Source of the DNA: Rhizobacter sp.
GTDB lineage: Bacteria > Pseudomonadota > Gammaproteobacteria > Burkholderiales > Burkholderiaceae_C
DNA length: 64,000 nt
Assembly (NCBI GenBank): GCA_031390425.1
Contig: JANMTL010000297.1
Span: forward strand, 1,055 to 65,054
Direction: 5' to 3'
The position numbers and the translations under genes are program-made. This document shows, in pieces, positions 1 through 9,814 of the stretch. Every line of letters begins with the position of its first letter. Positions within the stretch are counted from its first letter, which is position 1. The notes under the pieces were generated by a model. It saw nothing but the letters and a program-made list of their open reading frames with translations, had not been told where the DNA came from and ran no database searches.

Positions 1-353
1 GTGACGGCGAACGCCACGTCTTTCTGGCGCGTGGCGTTGTTGGTGGTCGATCCGCATTCGATGTCGACGGTGCCGTTTTGCACCAGCGGAATGCGGTTTT
101 GCGACGTGACCGGCTGGTACTTGATTTCCATCTTGGCGAGGCCCAACTGCTTTTGGACATCCGCCAGCACCTGGGTGCAGATCTCGACGTGGTAGCCCAC
201 GTACTTGCCGTCACCGAGCGTGTAGCTGAGGGCGCCGGACGACTCGCGCACGCCCATCGTGACAGCGCCGCTTTCCTTGATCTTCGACAGGGTGTCGGCT
301 TGGGCAACGCCCAGGGACAGCAGGGCAGCAAAAGCAATGACGATTCTTTTCAT
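1..353 (-). CDS. amino-acid ABC transporter periplasmic substrate-binding protein, N-terminal part (gene runs off the window start)
   Basis: Absent from the ORF track because truncated. Reverse-complement from ATG at 353-351 reads MKRIVIAFAALLSLGVAQADTLSKIKESGAVTMGVRESSGALSYTLGDGKYVGYHVEICTQVLADVQKQLGL... This is a Sec signal peptide plus the N-terminus typical of family-3 (GltI/glutamate-aspartate type) solute-binding proteins. Confidence 0.7.
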   Translation of the reverse strand, partial: MKRIVIAFAALLSLGVAQADTLSKIKESGAVTMGVRESSGALSYTLGDGKYVGYHVEICTQVLADVQKQLGLAKMEIKYQPVTSQNRIPLVQNGTVDIECGSTTNNATRQKDVAFAV

Positions 354-515
354 GACAGCTCCCGATGAATGTTGATTCCACATAGGTCCGACGCCTGTCA
401 ACACAAGCAGCTCGGTTTGCATAGTCAGCCGACTACGCATATCGGCGCAGTTCGCCGCAGGTGGGCGGGCCCGCCGACCGCGCACAACCTTCGTGCCACC
501 GATGCGGTCGGCGGC

Positions 516-2405
516 TCAACTCGGTGCGGTCGGCGCATCGACATCCCAAGGGATGTCCGCCCCGTTCGGCGACAGCGGGCTCTCGCTGCGGCTTTGCTGC
601 AGGCGCCACATCTGCGCATAGCGTGCGTTCAGCGCCAGAAGTTCGGCGTGCGAGCCGCGCTCGAGGATGCGGCCGTGCTCCATCACCAGGATCTGGTGGG
701 CATCGACCACGGTGGACAGCCGGTGCGCAATCACCAGCGCCGTCTTGTTGCGTGCGACGCCTTGCAACTCGGCCTGGATCGCGCGCTCGTTCGCCGAATC
801 GAGCGCCGAGGTCGCCTCGTCGAAGATCAGGATCGGCGGGTCTTTGAGCAGCGTGCGGGCGATCGCCACCCGCTGCTTCTCGCCGCCCGAGAGCTTCAAC
901 CCGCGCTCGCCGACCATCGTGTCGTAGCCCTTCGGCGTCGAGCTGATGAACGCATGTACGTGCGCTGCCTGCGCCGCCGCTTCGACCTCGGCGCGCGGCG
1001 CGCCGGTGCGGCCGTAGGCGATGTTGTATTCGACGGTGTCGTTGAACAGCACCGTGTCCTGCGGCACGATGCCGATCGCCTGGCGCAGGCTGTGCTGGGT
1101 GACGGCGCGGATGTCCTGGCCGGCGATTTCGATGCGGCCCGCCGACACGTCGTAGAAGCGGAACATCAGCCGCGCCAGCGTGCTCTTGCCCGAGCCCGAC
1201 GGGCCGACCACCGCCACCGTCTTGCCTGCGGGGATGTCGAAGCTGATGTCGTGCAGGATGACTCGATCGGGGTCGTAGCCGAAGCGCACATTGCGAAAGC
1301 GCACCTCGGCGCCTGCTGCGGCCTCGATCACCAACGGCTGCGCGCCCGGCGCATCGGCCACTTCGCGGTTCTGGCCCAGCAGCGCGAACATCTTCTCCAT
1401 GTCGATCATCGACTGCTTGATCTCGCGGTAGATCACGCCGAGGAAATTCAGCGGGATGTAGAGCTGGATCATCAGCGCGTTGACCAGCACCAGATCGCCC
1501 AGCGTCATCGTTGCGGCCACCACGCCTTCCGTGGCCCGCCACACCAGCAGCGTGACCGCCGTGGCGATGATCAGGCTCTGGCCCAGGTTCAGCACCGACA
1601 GCGAGGTCTGCGACTTGATCGACGCGCGCTCCAGCCGCTGCAGGTTCTCGTCGTAGCGCGCCTGCTCGAACGCTTCGTTGCTGAAGTATTTGACGGTTTC
1701 GTAGTTGATCAGCGCGTCGACCGCCTTGGTGCTGGCCTTCGAGTCCTGCTCGTTCATCGCACGGCGGAAGGCGGTGCGCCACTCGGTCACCGTGACCGTG
1801 AACACGATGTACAGCAACAAAGCGCTGAAAGTAATAACCGCGAACCAGCCGTCGAACTTGGCGGTCAGCAGGGCGATCACGAGGGTGATTTCGACCAGCG
1901 TCGGAACGATGTTGTAGATCAGGTAGTTGAGCAGCGACTGGATCGAGCGCGAACCGCGGTCGATGTCGCGCGAGACGCCGCCGGTCTGCCGCTCCAGATG
2001 AAAGCGCAGGCTCAACGACAGCAGGTGGTCGAAGGTTTCGAGCCCGACCCGCCGGGCGATGCGCGCGGCCACCGGGTAGAACAAAAATTCGCGCAACTCG
2101 GTGAACAGCGTGATCGACAGGCGCAAGGCGCCGTAAGCCAGCAGCAGCGCCACCGGCACCACCAGCACCGCACGCGGGTCGCCGGGTTTCAGCGCCAGCG
2201 CGTCGACCAGGTCTTTCAACACCAGCGGCACACCGATGTTGCAGACCTTGGCCGCGATCAGACAGGCCAGCGCAAGCGCCACCCGGTGCCGCCACTGCCA
2301 CACGTAGGGCAGCAGTTTCTTCAACACCGACCAGTCGGAGCGCGGCGCGGCGGTAGGCGCGTCGGCGGGAGCGGGTGGGGTCAGTGTCGCGGGGCGCATG
2401 GGCAA
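516..2405 (-). CDS. ABC transporter permease/ATP-binding fusion, Atm1/ABCB7-type exporter
   Basis: 629-aa ORF. N-terminal multi-helix membrane domain, then an NBD with Walker A GPSGSGKST, signature LSGGEKQRVAIAR and Walker B ILIFDEATSALD. Confidence 0.85.
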   Translation of the reverse strand: MPMRPATLTPPAPADAPTAAPRSDWSVLKKLLPYVWQWRHRVALALACLIAAKVCNIGVPLVLKDLVDALALKPGDPRAVLVVPVALLLAYGALRLSITLFTELREFLFYPVAARIARRVGLETFDHLLSLSLRFHLERQTGGVSRDIDRGSRSIQSLLNYLIYNIVPTLVEITLVIALLTAKFDGWFAVITFSALLLYIVFTVTVTEWRTAFRRAMNEQDSKASTKAVDALINYETVKYFSNEAFEQARYDENLQRLERASIKSQTSLSVLNLGQSLIIATAVTLLVWRATEGVVAATMTLGDLVLVNALMIQLYIPLNFLGVIYREIKQSMIDMEKMFALLGQNREVADAPGAQPLVIEAAAGAEVRFRNVRFGYDPDRVILHDISFDIPAGKTVAVVGPSGSGKSTLARLMFRFYDVSAGRIEIAGQDIRAVTQHSLRQAIGIVPQDTVLFNDTVEYNIAYGRTGAPRAEVEAAAQAAHVHAFISSTPKGYDTMVGERGLKLSGGEKQRVAIARTLLKDPPILIFDEATSALDSANERAIQAELQGVARNKTALVIAHRLSTVVDAHQILVMEHGRILERGSHAELLALNARYAQMWRLQQSRSESPLSPNGADIPWDVDAPTAPS

Positions 2406-2466
2406 AAAGACAATGAGAACAGCATGAAAGAATCAATCGACGACACACCAAAGCAGGTCACGCAAT

Positions 2467-2973
2467 ATGCCCGAGATCACCGACCACCCCGATGACGCCC
2501 AGGGCAGCACACGCGGGCCCGACGCGTCGGCCGCTGCGGGAGCCAGCACACCGACGACGCGCGCCGAGCGGTCGCACCTCAGTGCGCCAGCCGATCTGCC
2601 CGCCGATTCGAGCTTGGTGCTGCGGGTGATGCCGATGCCGGCCGACACCAACATGAGCGGCGGCGTGTTCGGCGGCTGGATCATGGCGCAAGTGGACATC
2701 GCCGGGGCGGTGCTGCCAGCGCGCATTGCGCGCGGGCGCATCACCACGGTGGCGGTGAACCGTTTCATCTTCAAGCAGCCGGTCAGCGTGGGGGATCTGC
2801 TGAGCTTTTATGCCCGCATCGAGCGCATCGGCACCACCTCGATCACGGTGCACGTCGAGGTCTACGCCGAACGCAACCCGTCGAATCCGCACATCGTCAA
2901 AGTGACCGATGCCAGCCTGACCTATGTGGCGATCGACAAGGACGGCCAGCCGCGCGCGGTACCGAGAGATTGA
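2467..2973 (+). CDS. acyl-CoA thioesterase (YciA-like hotdog fold)
   Basis: 168-aa ORF. The core VLRVMPMPADTNMSGGVFGGWIMAQVDIAG...VSVGDLLSFYA resembles YciA-type thioesterases. A low-complexity N-terminal ~45 aa makes the exact start uncertain. Confidence 0.75.
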   Translation: MPEITDHPDDAQGSTRGPDASAAAGASTPTTRAERSHLSAPADLPADSSLVLRVMPMPADTNMSGGVFGGWIMAQVDIAGAVLPARIARGRITTVAVNRFIFKQPVSVGDLLSFYARIERIGTTSITVHVEVYAERNPSNPHIVKVTDASLTYVAIDKDGQPRAVPRD

Positions 2974-3003
2974 TCTCCACCGACGAGGCGCGCTGCGCAA
3001 GCG

Positions 3004-3768
3004 TCAGCAGAAGGTCGAAAAATCCGGCTTGCGCTTCTGGAAAAAGGCGCTGAAGGCCTCGGTCGCTTCCGGGCTCGACAACCGCTGCCGAAACACCTCG
3101 GCCTCGACCTCGATCGCAGCGAGCACGCTTTGCAGGGTGGCCCGACGCATCAGGCGCTTGGACTCGCGCACCGCGCCGGGCGGCAGCGCATTGAAGCGCT
3201 CTGCCATGCGGCGCGCGTGGCGCACCACCTCACCAGCAGGCAGCACCGCATTGGCGATGCGCATCTCGACCGCCTCTTCGGCGGTGAACGGGTCGCCGAG
3301 CAGCAGTTTCTCGGCCGCCTTCGCGTGGCCGACCAGCGCGGGCAAGATCAGGCTGGATGCGAACTCGGGCACCAGCCCCAGGCTGGCGAACGGCATCGCC
3401 AGCCGCGCCTCGTCGGACACATAGACCAGGTCGCAGTGCAGCAGCAGCGTCGTGCCGATGCCGATGGCCGCGCCGGTGACCGCCGCCACCACCGGCTTGC
3501 TGCACGACACGAGCGCGCGCATGAAGTCGAACACCGGCGCATCGGGGGTCGCGGGCGGGCGGTTCATGAAGTCGTCGATGTCGTTGCCCGACGTGAAGAC
3601 GCCGGGCTGGCCTGCGATCAGCACCGCGCGCACCGACGCATCGACATCGGCCGCACGCAGCGCTGCGGCCATCGCCGAATACATCTCGGCGGTCAGCGCG
3701 TTCTTCTTTTGCGGCCGCGCGATCTCGATCGTGGCAACGCCGTTCAAGGTGGCGGTCTTGATGTTCAT
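3004..3768 (-). CDS. enoyl-CoA hydratase/isomerase family protein
   Basis: 254-aa ORF with crotonase-fold motifs (VLIAGQPGVFTSGNDI, AAVTGAAIGIGTTLLLHCD). Sits directly downstream of a thiolase gene. Confidence 0.85.
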   Translation of the reverse strand: MNIKTATLNGVATIEIARPQKKNALTAEMYSAMAAALRAADVDASVRAVLIAGQPGVFTSGNDIDDFMNRPPATPDAPVFDFMRALVSCSKPVVAAVTGAAIGIGTTLLLHCDLVYVSDEARLAMPFASLGLVPEFASSLILPALVGHAKAAEKLLLGDPFTAEEAVEMRIANAVLPAGEVVRHARRMAERFNALPPGAVRESKRLMRRATLQSVLAAIEVEAEVFRQRLSSPEATEAFSAFFQKRKPDFSTFC

Positions 3769-3775
3769 GCGTCGC

Positions 3776-4972
3776 TCACACCCTTTCGAAGATGCCGGCT
3801 GCGCCCTGGCCGGTGCCGACGCACATCGTCACCATCCCGTACTTCAATTGATGGCGGCGCAGCGCGTGGACGACGGTGGCGGCGCGGATCGCGCCGGTGG
3901 CGCCCAGCGGGTGGCCGAGCGCGATCGCACCACCCAGCGGATTGACGCGGGTGCGGTCGAGGTTCAGCGTGCCGAGCACCGCCAGCGCCTGCGCGGCGAA
4001 GGCTTCGTTCAGCTCGATCCAGTCCATGTCGGCCGCCTGCAGACCGGCGTAGCGCAGCGCCGCCGGAATGGCCTCGATCGGGCCGATGCCCATGATCTCG
4101 GGCGGTACGCCGCGGCTGGCAAAGCTGACGAAGCGGGCCAGAGGCGTCAGCCCGAAGGTTTTCATGGCGCGTTCGCTGGCGAGGATCAGGCAGGCCGCGC
4201 CGTCGCTGGTCTGCGAGCTGTTGCCTGCGGTCACCGAACCCTTCGCCGAGAACACCGGCCGCAGCTTGGCGAGTGCGTCGAGCGTGGTGTCGGCGCGCGG
4301 GCCTTCGTCGGTGCTGGCCCATTGCGTTTTCAGGGTGACCTGGCCGGTTTGCAGGTTCGGCGAGCGGTCGATCACTTCGACCGGCGTGATTTCGTCGCTG
4401 AACTCACCGGCCGCGATCGCCTTCAGCGCCGACAGGTGCGACTGCAGCGCGAACGCGTCCTGCGCCTCACGCGTCACCTTCCACTGCTGCGCGACGCGCT
4501 CGGCGGTCATGCCCATGCCGTAGGCGATGCCGACGTTCTCGTCGCGCAAGAAAACAGCCGGGTTGAACGACGGCTTGTTGCCGCTCATCGGCACCATGCT
4601 CATGCTTTCGACGCCGCCCGCAATCATCACCTCGGCCTCACCGACGCGGATGCGATCGGCTGCCATCTGGATGGCGGTCAGCCCCGACGCGCAGAAGCGG
4701 TTCACGGTGACGCCGCCGACGCTGTTCGGCAGCCCAGCCAGCAGCGCGCCGATGCGCGCCACGTTCAATCCCTGCTCGCCCTCCGGCATCGCGCAGCCGA
4801 TGACCGCGTCCTCGATCGCTTTCGCATCGAGCGTCGGCACCTGCTTCAGCGCCCCGTGGATCGCTGCGACCAGCAGGTCGTCGGGCCGCGTGTTGCGGAA
4901 CACGCCGCGCCCGGACTTGCCGACCGGCGTGCGGGTCGCGGCGACGATGTAGGCGTCTTGGAGTTGCTTCAT
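3776..4972 (-). CDS. acetyl-CoA C-acyltransferase (3-ketoacyl-CoA thiolase)
   Basis: 398-aa ORF. Active-site Cys context VNRFCASGL, NPLGGAIALGHPLGATG, C-terminal MCVGTGQG. Confidence 0.9.
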   Translation of the reverse strand: MKQLQDAYIVAATRTPVGKSGRGVFRNTRPDDLLVAAIHGALKQVPTLDAKAIEDAVIGCAMPEGEQGLNVARIGALLAGLPNSVGGVTVNRFCASGLTAIQMAADRIRVGEAEVMIAGGVESMSMVPMSGNKPSFNPAVFLRDENVGIAYGMGMTAERVAQQWKVTREAQDAFALQSHLSALKAIAAGEFSDEITPVEVIDRSPNLQTGQVTLKTQWASTDEGPRADTTLDALAKLRPVFSAKGSVTAGNSSQTSDGAACLILASERAMKTFGLTPLARFVSFASRGVPPEIMGIGPIEAIPAALRYAGLQAADMDWIELNEAFAAQALAVLGTLNLDRTRVNPLGGAIALGHPLGATGAIRAATVVHALRRHQLKYGMVTMCVGTGQGAAGIFERV

Positions 4973-5040
4973 GGACCGTCCTTGTCAGGTACGAGCAGCG
5001 GATTCTTGACTTTCTGCCCCGCTGGGGAAAGCAAACATTC

Positions 5041-5340
5041 ATCTCCCTCCCCCGCTGGGGGAGGGTCGGGGTGGGGGCCTCTGACCAACACATCAACGAT
5101 GCAACTGACCACCGCATCCGTCTGCGACAACACTTCATTCGCCCAAAACCGATGCTGCCTCCGGAATTTGACGCCGAGTTGCTCGCTGCGCAAACGTGAC
5201 CACAGCCTGCGTTCCGCATCGGTCATACCGATGCGCAGCGTGATCGCATGGCGTCGTGCGTTGGTGCTGGCTTGGTGTTGCATTTGTGCGTTGTACGAAG
5301 AGGCCCCCATCCCTGCCTTCCCCCAGCGGGGGAAGGGGCA
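5041..5340. repeat. MITE-like element with ~38-bp imperfect terminal inverted repeats enclosing a DUF559 gene fragment
   Basis: The left end 5041-5079 (atctccctcccccgctgggggagggtcggggtgggggcc) is similar to the reverse complement of the right end 5302-5340 (ggcccccatccctgccttcccccagcgggggaaggggca). Each end contains a 9-bp GC hairpin (5045-5065 and 5316-5336). The element fills most of the 374-bp gap between the thiolase and dehydrogenase genes. Confidence 0.55.
5152..5262 (-). pseudogene. DUF559 (Vsr-like endonuclease domain) N-terminal fragment
   Basis: The minus-strand translation NARRHAITLRIGMTDAERRLWSRLRSEQLGVKFRRQH matches the conserved N-terminal helix region of DUF559 proteins. The sequence then diverges and the catalytic part is missing. 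The ORF-track ORF 4969-5310 runs into the thiolase start. Confidence 0.5.
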
Positions 5341-5346
5341 AACACT

Positions 5347-7785
5347 TCAATTCCGAACCGGTTTTCCGGTGCTCAGCATGCCCATGATCCGCTCCTGCGT
5401 TTTCGGGTGTTCCAGCAAGCCGCAGAAATGCTGTCGTTCCAACGCCATCAGATAGCCCTCGCTGACCAGCGATCCGGCATCGACATCGCCGCCGCACAGC
5501 ACGTCGGCAATCAGCGACGCGATGTGGAAATCGTGCGCGCTGATGAAGCCGCCTTCGCGCATGTTGACCAACTGACCCTGGATCGTCGCGGCGGCGCTGC
5601 GTCCCGCCACCGGGAACAGCGTCTTCGCCGGAGGGCGATATCCGCTGTCGAACAGTGCCTTCGCCTGCGTCGACGCGACGAACAGCAGCTCGTCCTTGTG
5701 CGGCACGATCACGTCGCTGTAGAGCAGGTAGCCGAGCTGGCGGCTGTCGATCGCGCTGGTGCCGACCTTGGCCATCGCGGCCGCAGCGAAGCCTTCTTTC
5801 AGGAAGGTCAGCAGGTCGGCTGCGGGTTGAACATTCGCTCCGCCCGCTCCCGCCATCTCTGCCGCACGGCGCGCGATGTAGGTCAGCCCGCCCGCCCCCG
5901 GGATCAGGCCGACGCCGACCTCGACCAAGCCGACGTAGCTCTCCATCGCCGCGACGCGCTTGGCGCAATGCACGGCCAGCTCGCAACCCCCGCCGAGCGC
6001 AAGACCGCGGATCGCGGCCACCACCGGCACCGTTGCATAGCGCACGCGCAGCATCGCGTCTTGCAGCTTCTGCTCTTCCGGCGCGATGCCCTTCGCGCCG
6101 CTTTTCATGAAGACCGGCATCAGTGCTTCGAGGTTGGCACCGGCCGAGAACACATCGTCGGGCGACCAGATCACCAGGCCCTTGTAGCCTTCTTCGGCGA
6201 TGCCCACCGCCCGCACCAGACCTTCGGTGACGGCCGAGCTGATGAGGTGCAGCTTCGAGGTGATGCTGACGATCAGCACCTCGCCGTCGAGCGTCCACAC
6301 GCGCATCTCGTCGGTCTTGAACACCTCGGTGCCCGACTGCAGCGCAGCGACAGCGTCCGAGCCGAACACGCGTTCGCGGAAATGCTGGCGCGCGTACACC
6401 GGCAGCGCACTCTCGGCGACGAAGCGCGACTCGGAGGCGCTCCACGAGCCTTCGGGCTGATGCACGCCCTCGCGCTCGGCGACCGGCCCGGCGAACACCC
6501 ACGATGGCAACGGCGCAGCGCAGAGCGCCTTGCCCGCGTCGATGTCGTCTTGCACCCAGCGCGCGACGGCCTTCCAGCCCGCCGCCTGCCACAGCTCGAA
6601 CGGGCCCTGCTGCATGCCGAAGCCCCAGCGCATCGCAAAATCGACGTCGCGCGCGCACACCGCCACGTCGGCCAGGTGCACCGCGTTGTAGTGGAAGCTG
6701 TCGCGCAGCACCGCCCACAAAAACTGCGCCTGCGGGTTGCTCGATTCGCGCAGCAGCTTCAAGCGCTCGGCCGGGGGCTTTTTCAGAATGCGCGCGATCA
6801 CCTCATCCGCCACGCCGCCGCCCGCCACGTACTCGCCAGTGGAGGGATCCTCTTTTGGGTCGTAACGCAGGATGTCCTTGCCGACCTTCTTGTAGAAACC
6901 CGCGCCGGTCTTTTGGCCCAGCGTGCCCTTGGCGATCAGCGCGCTGAGCACCGGCGGCGTGCCGTAGCTGCCGTAGAACGGGTCGTTCGATTGCTCTGGC
7001 CCCAAGTTGTCTTGCAGCGTCTTGATGACATGCGCCATCGTGTCCAGCCCGACGACGTCGGCGGTGCGGAAGGTGCCGCTGCTGGCGCGTCCGAGCTTCT
7101 TGCCGGTCAGGTCGTCGACCACGTCGTACGTCAGGCCGAACTGGTCGGCTTCTTTCATCACCGCCAGCATGCCGGCGATGCCGACGCGGTTGGCGATGAA
7201 GTTCGGCGTGTCTTTCGCGCGCACCACGCCCTTGCCGAGCTCCGTGGTGACGAACGCTTCCAACTGATCCAGGATTTCGGGCTGCGTGGCAGGCGTCGGG
7301 ATCAGCTCGACCAGCGACATGTAGCGCGGCGGGTTGAAGAAGTGGATACCGCAAAAGCGCGGCTGGATCGCTGCGGGCAGCACCGCAGCGAGCTTCGTGA
7401 TGCTCAGCCCCGACGTGTTGCTGGCGACGATCGCGTGTGGCGCGACGAAGGGCGCAATTTTTTCGTAGAGCGCCAGCTTCCAGTCCATCCGCTCGGCGAT
7501 CGCCTCGATGATGAGGTCGCAGTCGCGCAACTGCTCCAAGTGTTCCTCGTAGTTGGCCTGACCGATCAGCACCGCGTCGTCGTTGATGCCCAGCGGCGCG
7601 GGTTTGAGCTTCTTCAGGCCCTCGACCGCCTTGGTGACGACGCCGTTCTTTGCCCCTTCTTTGGCAGGCAAGTCGAACAGCACCACCGGCACCCGCACGT
7701 TGGCGAGGTGGGCTGCGATCTGGGCACCCATGACACCGGCACCGAGCACGGCGACCTTGCGGACGGGGAAACGTTTCATGGGCAC
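5347..7785 (-). CDS. bifunctional 3-hydroxyacyl-CoA dehydrogenase / enoyl-CoA hydratase (FadB/FadJ-like)
   Basis: 812-aa ORF. N-terminal Rossmann motif VAVLGAGVMGAQIAAHLA (3-hydroxyacyl-CoA dehydrogenase) and a C-terminal crotonase domain (VVAAIRGLALGGGCELAVHC). Confidence 0.9.
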   Translation of the reverse strand: MPMKRFPVRKVAVLGAGVMGAQIAAHLANVRVPVVLFDLPAKEGAKNGVVTKAVEGLKKLKPAPLGINDDAVLIGQANYEEHLEQLRDCDLIIEAIAERMDWKLALYEKIAPFVAPHAIVASNTSGLSITKLAAVLPAAIQPRFCGIHFFNPPRYMSLVELIPTPATQPEILDQLEAFVTTELGKGVVRAKDTPNFIANRVGIAGMLAVMKEADQFGLTYDVVDDLTGKKLGRASSGTFRTADVVGLDTMAHVIKTLQDNLGPEQSNDPFYGSYGTPPVLSALIAKGTLGQKTGAGFYKKVGKDILRYDPKEDPSTGEYVAGGGVADEVIARILKKPPAERLKLLRESSNPQAQFLWAVLRDSFHYNAVHLADVAVCARDVDFAMRWGFGMQQGPFELWQAAGWKAVARWVQDDIDAGKALCAAPLPSWVFAGPVAEREGVHQPEGSWSASESRFVAESALPVYARQHFRERVFGSDAVAALQSGTEVFKTDEMRVWTLDGEVLIVSITSKLHLISSAVTEGLVRAVGIAEEGYKGLVIWSPDDVFSAGANLEALMPVFMKSGAKGIAPEEQKLQDAMLRVRYATVPVVAAIRGLALGGGCELAVHCAKRVAAMESYVGLVEVGVGLIPGAGGLTYIARRAAEMAGAGGANVQPAADLLTFLKEGFAAAAMAKVGTSAIDSRQLGYLLYSDVIVPHKDELLFVASTQAKALFDSGYRPPAKTLFPVAGRSAAATIQGQLVNMREGGFISAHDFHIASLIADVLCGGDVDAGSLVSEGYLMALERQHFCGLLEHPKTQERIMGMLSTGKPVRN

Positions 7786-7851
7786 TCCGGGTGTTTGAGA
7801 TTCGATTCAAGGCGCGGAGCAAATGCCGCGCCGGGTGATGTCAGGGCGCCA

Positions 7852-9642
7852 TCAGAACCAGGATTCGTCCATCTCCATCAGCGGCTTGGCACCGGCGCGC
7901 GCGCTGCGGATCAGCCCCGCAGTTTCCGGCAGCAACTTGGCAAAGTAGAAGCGCGCGGTGGCGAGCTTGGCACGGTAGAACGGATCGGCTTCGGCAGCGT
8001 GGTCGAGCGCGACCTTCGCCATGCGCGCCCAGAAGTACGCGAACACCAGGTGTCCGACCACGCGCAAATAGTCGACCGCTGCGGCGCCCACTTCGTCGGG
8101 GTTGCCGAACGCCTTCATGCCCAGTTCGGTGGACAGCTTGGTGACCTTGTCGCCCAGGTCGGCCAGCGGGTTGATGAACTCGATCATCGCCTCGTTGACG
8201 CCTTCGTCTTCGATCAACTGCTGCACGAGCGCACCGAATTTCTTCAGCTTTTTGCCGTTGTCCTGCAGCACCTTGCGGCCGAGCAGGTCGAGCGACTGGA
8301 TGGTGTTGGTGCCCTCGTAGATCATGTTGATCCGCGCATCGCGCACGAACTGCTCCATGCCCCATTCGCGCACATAGCCGTGGCCGCCGAAGACTTGCAG
8401 GCAGTGCGAGGTGGCGATCCAGGCGTTGTCGGTGAGGAAGGCTTTGACGATCGGCGTCAGCAGCGCGACCATGTCCGTAGCGTCCTGTTTCACCGCCGCG
8501 TCGGGGGACGAGAGCTCCAGGTCGAGCTGCAGCGCGGTGAACACCGCCAAGGCCCGGCCGCCTTCGGCGTAGGCGCGCGCGGTCAGCAGCATCTTGCGCA
8601 CATCGGGGTGCACGATGATCGGATCGGCGGGCTTGTCGGGCGCTTTCGGGCCGGTCAGCGAGCGCATTTGCAGGCGGTCTTTCGCATATGCCGCCGCGTG
8701 CTGGTACGCCACCTCGGTCAGGCCCAGCGACTGCATGCCGACCCCCAACCGCGCCGCGTTCATCATCACGAACATGGCATTCAGCCCCTTGTGCGGCTGC
8801 CCGACCAGCCAGCCACGCGCACCGTCGAGGTTGATCTGGCAGGTCGCGTTGCCGTGAATCCCCATTTTGTGTTCGAGCGCGCCGCAATAAATCGGGTTGC
8901 GCGCGCCCGGCGAGCCGTCGGCGGCGACCAGGAACTTCGGCACCACGAACTGCGAAATGCCCTTGCTGCCGACGGGCGCTTCGGGCAGCCGCGCCAGCAC
9001 CAGGTGCACGATGTTGGCGGCCAGGTCGTGCTCGCCGGCGCTGATGAAGATCTTGTTGCCGGTGATGCGGTGGCTGCCGTCTTGATCCGGCTCGGCTTTC
9101 GTGCGCAGCAAGCCCAGGTCGGTGCCGCAGTGCGCTTCGGTCAGGCACATCGTGCCGCTCCATTCGCCGCTGGTGAGTTTGGGCAGATAGGTTTTCTGCA
9201 ACTCGGGCGTGCCGTGCGCGTGCAGACATTCGTAAGCGCCGTGGGTCAGGCCGGGGTACATCGTCCAGGCCTGGTTGGCGCTGTTGAGCATCTCGTACAG
9301 GCACTGGTTCAACGCGACGGGCAAGCCCTGTCCGCCGTAGGCCGGATCGCAGCCGAGAGAGGGCCAGCCGCCCTCCACGTACTGCGCATACGCCGCTTGG
9401 AACCCCTTGGGCGTGGTGACCTCGTGCGTGTCGCGGTCGAGCGTGAAGCCTTCGATGTCACCGCTCTGATTCAACGGAGCGATCACCTCCCGAGCGAACT
9501 TGCCGCCTTCTTCCAGCACCGCGTTGACGGTGTCGACGTCCACCTCGGCGTGCGGCGGCAGCGACTTGAAGGTGTCGGTCACGTTCAGCAACTCGTGCAA
9601 CACGAAATGCATGTCGCGCAACGGGGGCGTGTAGTGGGCCAT
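7852..9642 (-). CDS. acyl-CoA dehydrogenase (long form with C-terminal extension)
   Basis: Start chosen at ATG 9642 (MAHYTPPLRDMHFVLHELL). The ORF-track start 9816 adds 58 junk-like residues. Motifs: LTEAHCGTDLG and FGGHGYVREWGMEQFVRDARINMIYEGTN. Confidence 0.9.
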   Translation of the reverse strand: MAHYTPPLRDMHFVLHELLNVTDTFKSLPPHAEVDVDTVNAVLEEGGKFAREVIAPLNQSGDIEGFTLDRDTHEVTTPKGFQAAYAQYVEGGWPSLGCDPAYGGQGLPVALNQCLYEMLNSANQAWTMYPGLTHGAYECLHAHGTPELQKTYLPKLTSGEWSGTMCLTEAHCGTDLGLLRTKAEPDQDGSHRITGNKIFISAGEHDLAANIVHLVLARLPEAPVGSKGISQFVVPKFLVAADGSPGARNPIYCGALEHKMGIHGNATCQINLDGARGWLVGQPHKGLNAMFVMMNAARLGVGMQSLGLTEVAYQHAAAYAKDRLQMRSLTGPKAPDKPADPIIVHPDVRKMLLTARAYAEGGRALAVFTALQLDLELSSPDAAVKQDATDMVALLTPIVKAFLTDNAWIATSHCLQVFGGHGYVREWGMEQFVRDARINMIYEGTNTIQSLDLLGRKVLQDNGKKLKKFGALVQQLIEDEGVNEAMIEFINPLADLGDKVTKLSTELGMKAFGNPDEVGAAAVDYLRVVGHLVFAYFWARMAKVALDHAAEADPFYRAKLATARFYFAKLLPETAGLIRSARAGAKPLMEMDESWF

Positions 9643-9814
9643 GCGTTTTCCTGGTGACGATTCATCCGAGTCTGCACAAAGGCTTCGTATCGACTGCCGT
9701 GCGGATATTGTCGAAATCCGGCCGAGCGGCAACCCCGCGCAGTGTGGCAGGCCAGCGGCATTGAAGCCCGTGAAAGGACGGCAAGCATCGCGGCATGCGA
9801 ATATCCGCGTTGTC

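Noticed and set aside
369-2495. 708-aa plus-strand ORF opposite the ABC exporter
   Set aside because: It is a shadow ORF. The minus strand carries Walker A/B and ABC signature motifs, while the plus-strand product is low-complexity Arg/Gln/His-rich.
4969-5310. 113-aa ORF as an intact gene
   Set aside because: Only residues ~17-53 resemble DUF559. The remainder runs through the inverted-repeat ends and overlaps the thiolase start codon. It is treated as a gene fragment within a repeat element.
5017-5340. Possible CRISPR-like repeats (recurring ccccgctgggg motif), and the 12-bp repeats at 41888-41935
   Set aside because: There are only two or three short copies in inverted rather than direct orientation, with no regular spacers. 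The second set lies in frame within a coding region. No CRISPR array is present in the window.
5248-9657. 1469-aa plus-strand ORF spanning the region of the dehydrogenase genes
   Set aside because: It is antisense to two genes with unmistakable enzyme motifs. Its translation is Arg/Ala/Gly/His-rich with no motifs. This is a typical shadow ORF of high-GC DNA, where stop codons are rare.
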